Translations under genes and position numbers: made by a program | Notes under the pieces: generated by a model | The model's input: the letters and a program-made list of their open reading frames with translations, nothing else | The model's database searches: none | What the model was told of the DNA's origin: nothing | NCBI GenBank assembly: GCA_045617645.1 | Contig: JAZLIY010000104.1 | Location: 69,830 to 133,829, forward strand | From: Bacteroidaceae bacterium | Lineage (GTDB): Bacteria > Bacteroidota > Bacteroidia > Bacteroidales > Bacteroidaceae | Length of the DNA: 64,000 bases | Reading direction: 5' to 3' | In this document: piece after piece, positions 39,066-48,587 of the stretch | Position numbering within the stretch: position 1 is the first letter of the stretch | Layout of the letters: the number at the start of each line of letters is the position of its first letter

Positions 39066-42000
39066 ATGAGAAGACACACAACGATGAAAGTTGCCGGATT
39101 ACTTCTTACGGCACTGCTGTCAATAACGAATGCCAACGGAAAGTCCCAAGAACCGGTTGACTATGTGAATCCCTACATCGGCAACATCAGCCACCTGCTT
39201 GTTCCGGTCTTTCCAACCGTCAGCCTGCCACATTCAATGTTGAGGGTGTTTCCTATGCGCAGGCAGATAACAGACGAGTATGTCAACGGATTACCTCTTT
39301 TCGTATTGGGACACAGAAGCGAATCACCTCTTTCGATTGGGTTCCCAGGTATGAAACTGGACTACGACAACGAGCACATCACGCCATATAGCTACGAGTC
39401 CGAACTTGCTCAATCTACGATTCACATGCGTTTTGCAACAGCCAGTCAAGCGGCTATATATGAATTGAAATTTGACGATAAAGGCCCACATAAATTATCC
39501 GTAAAAGCATCTCATGGCCGTATGAGCGCCACGGGTGCTATCGTAGAGGGTTTCCAGGACAACGGCCGCAGCAAAGCCTACATTCATGCGGAGTTCAATC
39601 ATATGCCAGTGTCCTGCCAACAAACAGGTGAAAACGAGGTTGAGATGGTCTTCGAGGCACCAGAACTCTGTATTAGATACGGTGTTTCGTTCATCAGCGA
39701 GGCTCAGGCTGCCAAAAACCTGACTCGCGAAGTAGCTAACACCAGGGTGGACGAACTGATGACCAAGGGTCGTAAGAAATGGAACGAGGCTTTGGAACGC
39801 CTGGAAGTGAAGGGTGAAAACGAGGATCAACTGACAGTTTTCTATACCTCCTATTATCGTACACTTGAAAGACCCGTCTGCCTGAGTGAGGATGGACACT
39901 ATTGGAGCGGCGAGGATCTATCGGTCCATGAAGATGGCGGTATCCCCTACTACACCGACGACTGGTTGTGGGACACATACCATGCCGCCCACCCACTTCG
40001 AACGATTGTGGACCCTTCGCTTGAAACCCAAATATTAAAATCTTATCTGCGAATGTCCGACGAGAACGAACATGGCTGGCTTCCATGCTTCCCTAGCACG
40101 AATGGTGCCGGCAGATCAATGAACAGTTGTCATACGATTGTTTCCCTGGCAGACGCCCTGTGCAAAGGACTGGATCTTGATTACACAAAAGCCTATCACG
40201 CAGCGGCCAAGAGTTTGAAAGAACGTACTTTTGCTCCGTTCCGTGGCGGTATGGCCGGAAAGACGGATGCTTTCCTATGGAAGCATGGCTATATGCCAGC
40301 TCTCAAAGAAGGGGAGGAAGAAACGGATCCGAACTTCGATTCGTTTGAGAAACGTCAGCCAATACCCGTTACTACCGGCAATTCTTTGGACTGTTGGGCA
40401 ACAGCGAAATTGGCGCGCGAGGTAGGCGACATTAACGGAGAGGAATTCTTTCGCAAACACTCATTCGATTATCGTAACCTTTTCAATCCTAAGACGGGAT
40501 TCTTTCATCCCAAAGACTCTGACGGTAATTTCATCGAGCCGTTCGATTACAACTTTCCAGGTGGGATGGGTGCACGTGAATACTACGACGAGAACAACGG
40601 CTGGGTGTATCGTTGGGATGTACAACATAACATCTACGACCTGATAGCCCTGATGGGCGGTGAGAAGGTATTCATTGCACAACTGGACAGTATGTTCGCA
40701 GAACCGCTAGGTATGGACAAATACGATTTCTACGCCAAAATGCCCGACCATACGGGCAACGTAGGCCAATTCTCAATGGGTAACGAGCCTTCATTGCACG
40801 TACCGTATCTTTATAACTTTGCAGGTGCTCCCTGGAAAACGCAGAAACGTGTACGTCAGATGCTGGACACATGGTTCCGAAACGACTATATGGGCATTCC
40901 GGGCGATGAGGACGGCGGTGGCCTGACATCCTTCGTAGTATTCTCCTCAATGGGATTCTTCCCTGTATGCCCCGGCAAAGCGGAATATAGCATCGGAAGT
41001 CCTGTATTCGAGGATGTAAAGATTCACCTGCCTAATGGGAGAACGTTCGAAATCAAGGCAAAAAATGTTTCTACAGAAAACAAATATATCCAGAGTGCCA
41101 AGCTGAACGGTAAACCCTGGGGAGAACCGTCAATCAGCCACACCGACATTATGGCAGGAGGTGTGCTTGAATTGGCAATGAGCCCCCTTCCCAACAAGGA
41201 ATGGGGTGTAAAATCCTCCATCAGCTACGACAGTTTCAAGGGACTTGCCATGGCCGGATATCAAGGTTGGTTCGGTTGCGATGGCGATGGTTCTGACTAC
41301 AAGAGGGGGTACTTTAACAAGGGCAAACCACATGTTGATATGCTGCCGGAGTCGCTGGAATATCCCAAGACCTACGATGCGCCGGCAACGCTGCCCGATG
41401 GAAGTCCCCTGCAAGTATATTCAGCGTATGATTATAGCACGATGGACATTCACTTCCGCTGGATGAAAGAATACGGGTTGGACGGTGTTTTCATGCAACG
41501 GTTCATTCCACACATTACCGAAGTTCCAGAGCGTAATTTCTATCTAAAAGTATTGGACAATGCAATGTCATGTGCCGAAAGGTACGATAGGGCTATCTGC
41601 ATCATGTACGACCTGAGTGGTGGCAAGGAAGGAACGATGGCCTCGACACTCCTGGCGGACATAGACGAGTTGAACGGAAAATACGACCTGTTCGACCACA
41701 AGGCTCGCCCGTCCTATCTATGGCACAACGGCAAGCCACTCGTTGTGGTATGGGGGGTAGGTTTCAAAGATAGGCAACCCTTCTATATGGACGAGGCGCA
41801 GACCATCATCACAGGGTTAAAAGAACGCGGATACAGCATTATGCTGGGTGTTCCGACCTTCTGGCGCGAAGGAGGCGGTGACGTTTACGACCATGAGCGA
41901 CTGATGAGTTACATCAAGCAGGCCGACATCATCATGCCCTGGTATGTGGGTCGTTTCGACAACACTGATTTCGACAAGTTCAAGAGCATAGCACCGGCTG

Positions 42001-42353
42001 ACATCGCATGGTGCAAGAAGAATGGCATCGGCTTTGCACCGAACTGCTGGCCCGGATTTAGTTGGGATAATATGCACGGCAGTGTCGTGGGTGATGCTGT
42101 GAGACGCGAAGGTGGCAAGTTCATCAAACAGCAGATTGACAGCTACATTGAAGCAGGAGCTGAATCGATCTACTTTGCCATGTTCGATGAGGTAAACGAG
42201 GGTACGGCCATCTTCAAAGTGGCACGTAAAGTGCCCGAACCACGTCCGGGAGCTACGTTTGTTCCCGTGGAAGATGGTATCCCCACAGACTATATTCTGA
42301 CGCTCGCAGGAGAAGCGGCCAAAAAGCTAAAAGCCAAAAAGAACGACAAATAG
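39066..42353 (+). CDS. GH92 family alpha-mannosidase-like protein fused to a C-terminal GH99-like TIM-barrel-type domain (1095 aa)
   Basis: Signal peptide. It has GH92-type motifs VNPYIGN...P and GNEPSLHVPYLYNFAGAPWKTQKRVRQML...GIPGDEDGGGLTSFVVFSSMGFFPVCPG. About 370 extra C-terminal residues start at GLAMAGYQGWF (nt ~41241) and include CWPGFSWDN and AMFDEVNEGTAIFK. Confidence 0.8.
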   Translation: MRRHTTMKVAGLLLTALLSITNANGKSQEPVDYVNPYIGNISHLLVPVFPTVSLPHSMLRVFPMRRQITDEYVNGLPLFVLGHRSESPLSIGFPGMKLDYDNEHITPYSYESELAQSTIHMRFATASQAAIYELKFDDKGPHKLSVKASHGRMSATGAIVEGFQDNGRSKAYIHAEFNHMPVSCQQTGENEVEMVFEAPELCIRYGVSFISEAQAAKNLTREVANTRVDELMTKGRKKWNEALERLEVKGENEDQLTVFYTSYYRTLERPVCLSEDGHYWSGEDLSVHEDGGIPYYTDDWLWDTYHAAHPLRTIVDPSLETQILKSYLRMSDENEHGWLPCFPSTNGAGRSMNSCHTIVSLADALCKGLDLDYTKAYHAAAKSLKERTFAPFRGGMAGKTDAFLWKHGYMPALKEGEEETDPNFDSFEKRQPIPVTTGNSLDCWATAKLAREVGDINGEEFFRKHSFDYRNLFNPKTGFFHPKDSDGNFIEPFDYNFPGGMGAREYYDENNGWVYRWDVQHNIYDLIALMGGEKVFIAQLDSMFAEPLGMDKYDFYAKMPDHTGNVGQFSMGNEPSLHVPYLYNFAGAPWKTQKRVRQMLDTWFRNDYMGIPGDEDGGGLTSFVVFSSMGFFPVCPGKAEYSIGSPVFEDVKIHLPNGRTFEIKAKNVSTENKYIQSAKLNGKPWGEPSISHTDIMAGGVLELAMSPLPNKEWGVKSSISYDSFKGLAMAGYQGWFGCDGDGSDYKRGYFNKGKPHVDMLPESLEYPKTYDAPATLPDGSPLQVYSAYDYSTMDIHFRWMKEYGLDGVFMQRFIPHITEVPERNFYLKVLDNAMSCAERYDRAICIMYDLSGGKEGTMASTLLADIDELNGKYDLFDHKARPSYLWHNGKPLVVVWGVGFKDRQPFYMDEAQTIITGLKERGYSIMLGVPTFWREGGGDVYDHERLMSYIKQADIIMPWYVGRFDNTDFDKFKSIAPADIAWCKKNGIGFAPNCWPGFSWDNMHGSVVGDAVRREGGKFIKQQIDSYIEAGAESIYFAMFDEVNEGTAIFKVARKVPEPRPGATFVPVEDGIPTDYILTLAGEAAKKLKAKKNDK

Positions 42354-42396
42354 ATGGCAAAAATTCCACAGTCAGAATTTACCGAAAACAAAAAAA

Positions 42397-42435
42397 GAAA
42401 AGGCGCACCCATGATATTGGTACGCCTTTTGTCTG
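42397..42435. terminator. Terminator between convergent genes
   Basis: AAAAGGCGCACC...GGTACGCCTTTTG forms a hairpin with one mismatch. It is flanked by an A-run and a T-run. Confidence 0.6.
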
Positions 42436-42454
42436 TTTATTTTATATCCGTCGA

Positions 42455-43246
42455 TTATTCCTCAATCATGGAGAAACCCTCTTCTTCGTCTTCATCCTTT
42501 ACTTCCGCCTCTGGCGCATAACTACTGTAAAAGGTATCATCGTTTTGATCGACCTCATCATCACGCTCATCCAGTTCTTCATCTACTGAACTCCTCAATT
42601 CATCCTCTTCGTCCTCGTATTCTATCAGATTACCATCTTCATCATATTTGTCTGCCTTTACGCAACGCAGTTTCTCCAGAGGCTCCTTTTTCTTAGCAAA
42701 GATGGCCTCAACCCAGGTGCCTTTTTGTATTTCCAACACCTCGTACCCCTGCGCCAGTTTCTTCTCCACAAGAGAACCAGGAGCATGAATCCTGCTTGCC
42801 GGCAGTTGGGTGGTAGTAATATCGAAAGCGCTTTCTATGATGTCTTTTATACTAAGTTGGATAGAATCCCATCCACCGCCGAAATTGCAGTCTATCAATT
42901 CCAGCAAGGTTGCTGTGGTGATATGCTTGACATTCTCGTAACTGAGATCTGTAAGACGCGAAACATGCTTTTTGCGTATGGCCACACAACCACGTTGGGC
43001 ATCCATGTGGGAAAAGAGTTCCCATTCTCCGTTCTCGTATTTAGCCTTTTCACGCTCATTGTCGGCGTTATAGTGTACAACCTCGAATGCCAAACGAATG
43101 ATATTCAGCAGTTTTTCTTCGCTAGAGATAAAGTTGTCCTCTATTTTGGAGTCTTCCCAAAGTTTTGCTACTTCGGAAGCTTCTACGTTCCAAATATTGT
43201 TACTATTTAAATCCAATATGGATTCCAGTGAAACATTATTACCCAT
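42455..43246 (-). CDS. Hypothetical cytoplasmic protein with poly-acidic C-terminal tail (263 aa)
   Basis: Clean ORF with no signal peptide. A globular region of ~190 aa is followed by YDEDGNLIEYEDEEDELRSSVDEELDERDDEVDQNDD...EVKDEDEEEGFSMIEE. Confidence 0.7.
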   Translation of the reverse strand: MGNNVSLESILDLNSNNIWNVEASEVAKLWEDSKIEDNFISSEEKLLNIIRLAFEVVHYNADNEREKAKYENGEWELFSHMDAQRGCVAIRKKHVSRLTDLSYENVKHITTATLLELIDCNFGGGWDSIQLSIKDIIESAFDITTTQLPASRIHAPGSLVEKKLAQGYEVLEIQKGTWVEAIFAKKKEPLEKLRCVKADKYDEDGNLIEYEDEEDELRSSVDEELDERDDEVDQNDDTFYSSYAPEAEVKDEDEEEGFSMIEE

Positions 43247-43284
43247 CTGTTCTTTCTATTCAATTTCAAAAATCAAAAAAAGCA

Positions 43285-44952
43285 CTACACTTCGGCATTG
43301 GCATACAGGTATCGCTTGATGGATTTCTTAGGAGTTTTCTCGAACTCCGTTTCCATCAGATGGATGCCACATAATTGCGCATAATTGGGAATGGAGGCAT
43401 TCAGATTCTTGCGGTTCTCCTCCATTATCCGTTCCAGCGCCTCCGGGGATATGCCTTGTGCCTTAACTTGGTCGTAATCAGGATAAACTAACCCATATAA
43501 TTTGTCCTCCTTTTGTATTACCACACATTCCTGCACCAGGTTCATATTGGCAAGCTTGTCTTCTATCTCTTCGGGATAGATATTCTGGCCATTGGCTCCT
43601 AAGAGCATATTTTTGCTACGGCCCTTGATAAACAGGTTACCGTTCTTGTCCATAATACCGAGGTCTCCAGTATGATACCACCCCTCTGCATCCAGGGTCT
43701 TGGCTGTCTCCTCGGGATTCTTGTAATATCCCAGCATCACATTCAGCCCACGCGCCAGGATTTCCCCTGGTACATGGCGAGGATCATCACTCATCACTTT
43801 CAGTTCCATGTGGATGACAGGCTTTCCACAACTGCCGGGAACCAGCTTGGAATAGTCCTCGTAGCAGATGATGGGAGCACACTCCGTGGCTCCGTAGCCA
43901 ATGGTGTAGCGGAAACCGATATCTTTAAGCAGTTGTTCCACTTCCTGATTCAGGGCGGCACCACCCACAATGACCTGATAGAACCTGCCTCCCAAGGCAT
44001 CTGTCAAGGCACGGCAGATACGCTTTTTGATGATGCGTCCCACTATGGGGGTCTTCATCAGCAAACGCATCCTCGGATTCTGGATACGAGGGAGCACAGA
44101 CTTCCTGACCACCTTTTCCAGAATGAGGGGTACCATAATGAGCACCATGGGCTTAACATCAGCCAGCGCCTTCATCAAGATGGTCGGAGAGGCTATCTTG
44201 GTAAGGAAATGGATATGAAGTCCCTTGATAAACTCATACATAAGTTCAAACGTCAGCCCATACATGTGAGCCATGGGCAACATACTGAGCACATGGTCTG
44301 CGGGCGTGAAATAGTCTCCCATGGCATTTTCCGCAAAATCCACATTGGACCACAATGAACGATAAGGCAGCAAGACACCCTTGGAATTGCTGGTAGTGCC
44401 GCTTGTATAGTTTATCAGTGCCAACTCGTCCGGCTGATCCTGATAATAACGTATATCCTCCGGTTTCAGTCCGTCGGGATATTTTTCCGCATACAGCTGA
44501 TCTACTTCAGTGAAGACAGAAAGGTCATCTTCGGTTCTGCCAACCAGTACGCTATAATCATTCAAAGAAATGACCATCTCCAGTTGAGGCATATTATCCG
44601 CCGACAGCTTGTTCCAGACCTTGTCTCCCACAAAAAGCAGCCTGGCATCGCTATGGTTCACGATGTCATGTACCTGACTGGGATGAAACTCATTCAGGAT
44701 GGGTACAGCCACGGCACCATACGTCAAGATACTGACATAAGCAGCTCCCCAACGGCTCATATTCCTTCCACACAAGGCAATCTTATCACCTGGTTTGATA
44801 CCAACACGGTCATACAGCAGGTGAAGACGGGCTATCATAACAGCCACATCCTTGTATTTGAAGGTTTCCACACCATAGTCAGACAAGGCATCCAAATCCC
44901 AATGTTTTTGGACACTTCGCTGAATAAGAGAGTTATATGAGGGTATTTCCAT
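43285..44952 (-). CDS. AMP-dependent long-chain fatty acid--CoA ligase (FadD-like)
   Basis: AMP-binding motif YTSGTTSNSKGV, plus GYGATE and TGDLG...FIKGRSK. The start is set at ATG 44952 because a -7 box (44985-44992) lies inside the longer TTG-initiated ORF. Confidence 0.9.
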   Translation of the reverse strand: MEIPSYNSLIQRSVQKHWDLDALSDYGVETFKYKDVAVMIARLHLLYDRVGIKPGDKIALCGRNMSRWGAAYVSILTYGAVAVPILNEFHPSQVHDIVNHSDARLLFVGDKVWNKLSADNMPQLEMVISLNDYSVLVGRTEDDLSVFTEVDQLYAEKYPDGLKPEDIRYYQDQPDELALINYTSGTTSNSKGVLLPYRSLWSNVDFAENAMGDYFTPADHVLSMLPMAHMYGLTFELMYEFIKGLHIHFLTKIASPTILMKALADVKPMVLIMVPLILEKVVRKSVLPRIQNPRMRLLMKTPIVGRIIKKRICRALTDALGGRFYQVIVGGAALNQEVEQLLKDIGFRYTIGYGATECAPIICYEDYSKLVPGSCGKPVIHMELKVMSDDPRHVPGEILARGLNVMLGYYKNPEETAKTLDAEGWYHTGDLGIMDKNGNLFIKGRSKNMLLGANGQNIYPEEIEDKLANMNLVQECVVIQKEDKLYGLVYPDYDQVKAQGISPEALERIMEENRKNLNASIPNYAQLCGIHLMETEFEKTPKKSIKRYLYANAEV

Positions 44953-44984
44953 GTTATATATTGACCTATTTCTCAAATTTTCTA

Positions 44985-44992
44985 CAAAGGTA
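44985..44992 (-). promoter_or_regulatory. Bacteroidetes -7 box (TAccTTTG on minus strand) for the fadD-like gene
   Basis: Reverse complement of caaaggta. It lies 32 nt upstream of ATG 44952. Confidence 0.5.
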
Positions 44993-45101
44993 CGCAAATT
45001 AATTCATAATTCATAATGCTTAATGCATAAATTAAAGCTATTATATACTTTTAATTACCCGAGCCACCTCCATTGTGAGATGATTTCTTCGCCAGACGCA
45101 C

Positions 45102-45277
45102 GAACTTGTCGCACTATGCGTATGGTTCTATCGTGCTGCGTGTGGAATTACATCGCACAGCGCGTGGGCTACTATCGAAGTGTTAGTGCATTTCTATCGA
45201 AGTTTTGAAGTGATATTATCGAACTATTTGTGTGCTGACACCGCAGTGTGAATGAATTTCTGGCGAAGTTTCGTTTT
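45102..45277. repeat. Degenerate tandem array, 22-bp period, ~8 units
   Basis: The core ATCG (or GTCG/ACCG/GGCG) recurs at 45108, 45130, 45152, 45174, 45196, 45218, 45240 and 45262, exactly 22 bp apart. Neighbouring units share 12-14 of 16-17 positions (for example atttctATCGaagtttt and atttctGGCGaagtttc). Confidence 0.65.
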
Positions 45278-45409
45278 CCTTATACCAAAGAGATAACAAG
45301 TGTAGCCGTGATAGTATCACAGTAGTTTTATATTATTGCCTAAAAAGTATAAAATTGCCAAAATTAAATTTCGAATCAAAAAAATCGGACTCCGAGCTTG
45401 TCTGCCTAT

Positions 45410-46072
45410 TTACTTTTTCCTTGCATCGCGGATATAGCCGAGGGCTTCTGCACATGTATCGGAGATGTATTTCCAGTCGGAAGCCTGAATGCGATCCTTG
45501 GGGAACAGTTTGCTGCCCATACCAACACAATATACTCCCGCTGCAACCCAGGCACTCAGATTTTCCTGGGTGGGAGCCACACCTCCGGTTACCATGATCT
45601 TACTCCAGGGACAGGGGGCCATAACACCTTTCACAAAGGCCGGGCCATAGACATCGCCGGGGAACAGTTTTGTCAGGTCGCAGCCCAGTTCCTGGGCCTT
45701 TCCTATCTCGCTGACCGTACCGCAACCAGGACAATAGGGTACCATACGCCTGTTGCATACCACTGCGATATCGGGATTCAGCAGAGGGCCTACCACAAAC
45801 TGGGTCCCCATTTGTATATACAGCGATGCCGTGGGTGCATCAACTACCGAGCCAATACCCAGTGCCATGCCTGGACATTCCAGGGAGACAAAACGTGAGC
45901 ATTCTGCAAACACCTCATGGGCAAAGGCACCACGGTTGGTAAATTCAAAAGCACGCACTCCACCCTCGTAGCAGGCCTTTATCACATTACAGGCCACCTG
46001 TGCGTCGGGATGATAGAAAACAGGCACCATGCCCGTTTCGTGCATCAATTGCAATACTTGTATCTTATCCAT
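45410..46072 (-). CDS. eda: KDPG / 4-hydroxy-2-oxoglutarate aldolase
   Basis: 220 aa. VPVFYHPD...[21 protein letters not shown] and the eda family layout. It lies downstream of kdgK. Confidence 0.9.
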   Translation of the reverse strand: MDKIQVLQLMHETGMVPVFYHPDAQVACNVIKACYEGGVRAFEFTNRGAFAHEVFAECSRFVSLECPGMALGIGSVVDAPTASLYIQMGTQFVVGPLLNPDIAVVCNRRMVPYCPGCGTVSEIGKAQELGCDLTKLFPGDVYGPAFVKGVMAPCPWSKIMVTGGVAPTQENLSAWVAAGVYCVGMGSKLFPKDRIQASDWKYISDTCAEALGYIRDARKK

Positions 46073-46076
46073 ATTT

Positions 46077-47099
46077 TCAACGTTCTACTCGTCCATTGCC
46101 ACTCGATTTCATCAGGGCGTCTACTTCTTCCTTGCTTACCAGGTTCACATCGCCAGGTAGCGTATGTTTCAGGGCACTGGCTGCCACGGCAAAATCCAGC
46201 GTCTGCTGCGGAGTCAGGCCTGTGGTCAATCCATGGATGATACCTGCTGAGAAGGAATCACCTCCTCCTACTCTATCCACGATATGGTCTATGTCGTACC
46301 TGCGGCTCTCATAGAAATCCTGACCGTCGTACATCAGGGCTTTCCATCCGTTATGCGTGGCACTGAAACTTTCCCTCAGGGTACTGATGACATAGCGGAA
46401 ACCAAATTCCTGTGCCATACTGCAAAAGATGCCCTTGTACCCCTCGGCATTCGTATTTCCCTTTTCCACATCGGCCTCTGGACGGAATCCCAGACACCGT
46501 TCAGCATCCTCCTCGTTTCCTATGCACACATCCACGTACTGCATCAGAGGTTTCATGATGGACTGTGCCTTCTCCGGAGTCCACAGTTTCTTGCGGAAAT
46601 TCAGGTCACAACTGATGGTTACGCCGTATTCCTTGGCCGTCATACACGCCTGACGCAGACAGGCAGCACTGCTATCGCTTATAGCTGGCGTGATACCGCT
46701 CCAATGGAACCATTCAGCATCACGGAATATGGCCTCGAAGTCAAAATCCTCCGGCTTGGCTTCTGCCATACTGCTTCCGGCACGGTCATAAATGACCTTG
46801 CTGCCACGCATGGCAGAACCTGTTTCCAGATAATAGACGCCCAGTCGGTTACCACCTCTGGCCATGTGGTCCGTACACACGCCGAACCGTCTCAGGCTGT
46901 TCAGAGCAGCCTGTCCTATCTCGTGCAAAGGCACCTTGCTCACGAAACAGGCCTTATGACCGTAATTGGCAAGCGACACGGCCACGTTGGCCTCCCCTCC
47001 CCCGTAATTGACGTCGAAGCTGTCTGATTGCACGAACCTATTGAATCCTGGTGTGGAGAGACGTAACATTATCTCTCCCATTGTAACTATCTTTCCCAT
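46077..47099 (-). CDS. kdgK: 2-dehydro-3-deoxygluconokinase (PfkB family)
   Basis: GEIMLRLS...[17 protein letters not shown] and C-terminal [16 protein letters not shown] (PfkB signature 2). Confidence 0.9.
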   Translation of the reverse strand: MGKIVTMGEIMLRLSTPGFNRFVQSDSFDVNYGGGEANVAVSLANYGHKACFVSKVPLHEIGQAALNSLRRFGVCTDHMARGGNRLGVYYLETGSAMRGSKVIYDRAGSSMAEAKPEDFDFEAIFRDAEWFHWSGITPAISDSSAACLRQACMTAKEYGVTISCDLNFRKKLWTPEKAQSIMKPLMQYVDVCIGNEEDAERCLGFRPEADVEKGNTNAEGYKGIFCSMAQEFGFRYVISTLRESFSATHNGWKALMYDGQDFYESRRYDIDHIVDRVGGGDSFSAGIIHGLTTGLTPQQTLDFAVAASALKHTLPGDVNLVSKEEVDALMKSSGNGRVER

Positions 47100-47249
47100 T
47101 CCTTAAAAATATAAAACATCTATTTACGTTCACAAAAGTAGTGCTTTTATTCGTAACATAGGAATAAATATGGACAAAAATGATAGAAATTCAGAAAAAA
47201 ACGCGTATCTTCGCAGTTGCATCAGCTATTTGGACAAACAACATAGGGT

Positions 47250-47870
47250 ATGGATATTATCACGAAATACTTCAAGGGACTCACCGAGGACCAATTACAG
47301 AAATTTCAGGCACTGGACGCGCTGTATCACGACTGGAACAGCAAAATCAACGTTATCAGCCGCCGAGACATTGACAACCTGTACGAACACCATGTACTGC
47401 ATTCCCTGGGCATAGCGGACTTCATTCAGTTCAAGCCGGACACCAAGATCATGGATCTGGGGACCGGCGGCGGTTTTCCGGGCATTCCTCTGGCCATCAT
47501 GTTTCCCGAAGTGTCCTTCCATCTGGTGGATTCCATTGGAAAGAAGATCAAGGTCTGTCAGGAAGTGGCAAATGCCCTGGAACTGAAAAACGTAACCACA
47601 CAATGGGGACGTGCAGAAGATATAAAGGACAAATATCATTTTGTGGTGAGCAGAGCCGTAATGCCTCTGATGGATCTAGTAAAGATTGTGAAAAAGAACA
47701 TCAGCCGCGAACAGTTCAACGCTATGCCCAACGGTCTGATTTGTCTGAAAGGCGGGGAACTGGAATATGAGACGTTGCCAATGAAAGGCCATACCTATGT
47801 GGCCAATTTGTCTGAATCGTTTGACGAGGAATACTTCAAGACCAAGAAGGTGGTACACGTAAGCTTATGA
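47250..47870 (+). CDS. rsmG: 16S rRNA (guanine527-N7)-methyltransferase
   Basis: W.SKINVISRRD...HVLHSL, then DLGTGGGFPGIPLAIMFP...DSIGKK. Confidence 0.9.
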   Translation: MDIITKYFKGLTEDQLQKFQALDALYHDWNSKINVISRRDIDNLYEHHVLHSLGIADFIQFKPDTKIMDLGTGGGFPGIPLAIMFPEVSFHLVDSIGKKIKVCQEVANALELKNVTTQWGRAEDIKDKYHFVVSRAVMPLMDLVKIVKKNISREQFNAMPNGLICLKGGELEYETLPMKGHTYVANLSESFDEEYFKTKKVVHVSL

Positions 47871-48502
47871 AATATACACATTTTACAGTAAACCCACTGA
47901 GCGAGAACTGCTATATCCTGTGGGACGAGACAACCCAGGAAACGGCCATTATCGACTGTGGTGCATGGTATCCCGAGGAGGAAAAAGAGATAACCCGTTT
48001 CATACAAGAATATGACCTACACCCCGTCATGGCATTGCAAACACACATGCATTTCGACCATATCTGGGGACTGCATTTCTTGAAAGCAACATACGGATTG
48101 AACCCAATCTGCCATACGCAGGATCTGCGCACTCTGAAACTGCAACCCAAGATGGCCGGGATGTTAGGGTTAACCCTACCTTTTGAACTGCCCACAGTGA
48201 AACGTTTCCTGGCAGACGGCGATTCCTTGCAACTGGGCAATACGGAGATACTGGTCATCCATACGCCTGGGCACTCCGAGGGTTGCATCTGCTTCTACAT
48301 CCCTTCCATGCAAATACTGTTCAGCGGCGACACTCTGTTCAAGGGAAGTTGTGGTCGAACGGATTTCGAGGGGGGAAGCCCATCCGATATGAAAAAAAGT
48401 CTGAAAAAACTGATGCAACTACCTGAAAGCACGACCGTTTATCCAGGGCATGGCCCCTCCACCACCATTCAATGGGAGAAGGGGCATAACCCAATGATTT
48501 AG
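47867..48502 (+). CDS. MBL-fold metallo-hydrolase (hydroxyacylglutathione hydrolase-like)
   Basis: NCYILWDE...IIDCG...QTHMHFDHIWG...HTPGHSEG...GDTLF.GSCGRTDF. There is a 4-nt overlap with rsmG. Confidence 0.85.
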   Translation: MKYTHFTVNPLSENCYILWDETTQETAIIDCGAWYPEEEKEITRFIQEYDLHPVMALQTHMHFDHIWGLHFLKATYGLNPICHTQDLRTLKLQPKMAGMLGLTLPFELPTVKRFLADGDSLQLGNTEILVIHTPGHSEGCICFYIPSMQILFSGDTLFKGSCGRTDFEGGSPSDMKKSLKKLMQLPESTTVYPGHGPSTTIQWEKGHNPMI

Positions 48503-48587
48503 TCGTGACGAGGGGTTTCCCATTAATGCATATTCTGCAACAATTACCACGGATTTCCACCCCGTACTGAACCTTGATTTTTCAAAA

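Noticed and set aside
43672-44358. 228-aa plus-strand ORF
   Set aside because: It is antisense to the AMP-binding CoA ligase gene.
45023-45208. 61-aa plus-strand ORF overlapping the 22-bp periodic array
   Set aside because: It runs through non-triplet-periodic repeats, has no promoter box or family resemblance, and is Cys/Arg-rich junk-like sequence.
45087-45268. Miniature inverted-repeat transposable element defined by the 10-bp CTTCGCCAGA/TCTGGCGAAG pair
   Set aside because: I see no second copy in this 64 kb window and no target-site duplication, and a 10-bp inverted repeat is short. It cannot be decided without a genome-wide search, so it is reported as a periodic array rather than called a mobile element.
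46284-47027. 247-aa plus-strand ORF
   Set aside because: It is antisense to kdgK, which has strong PfkB motifs on the minus strand.
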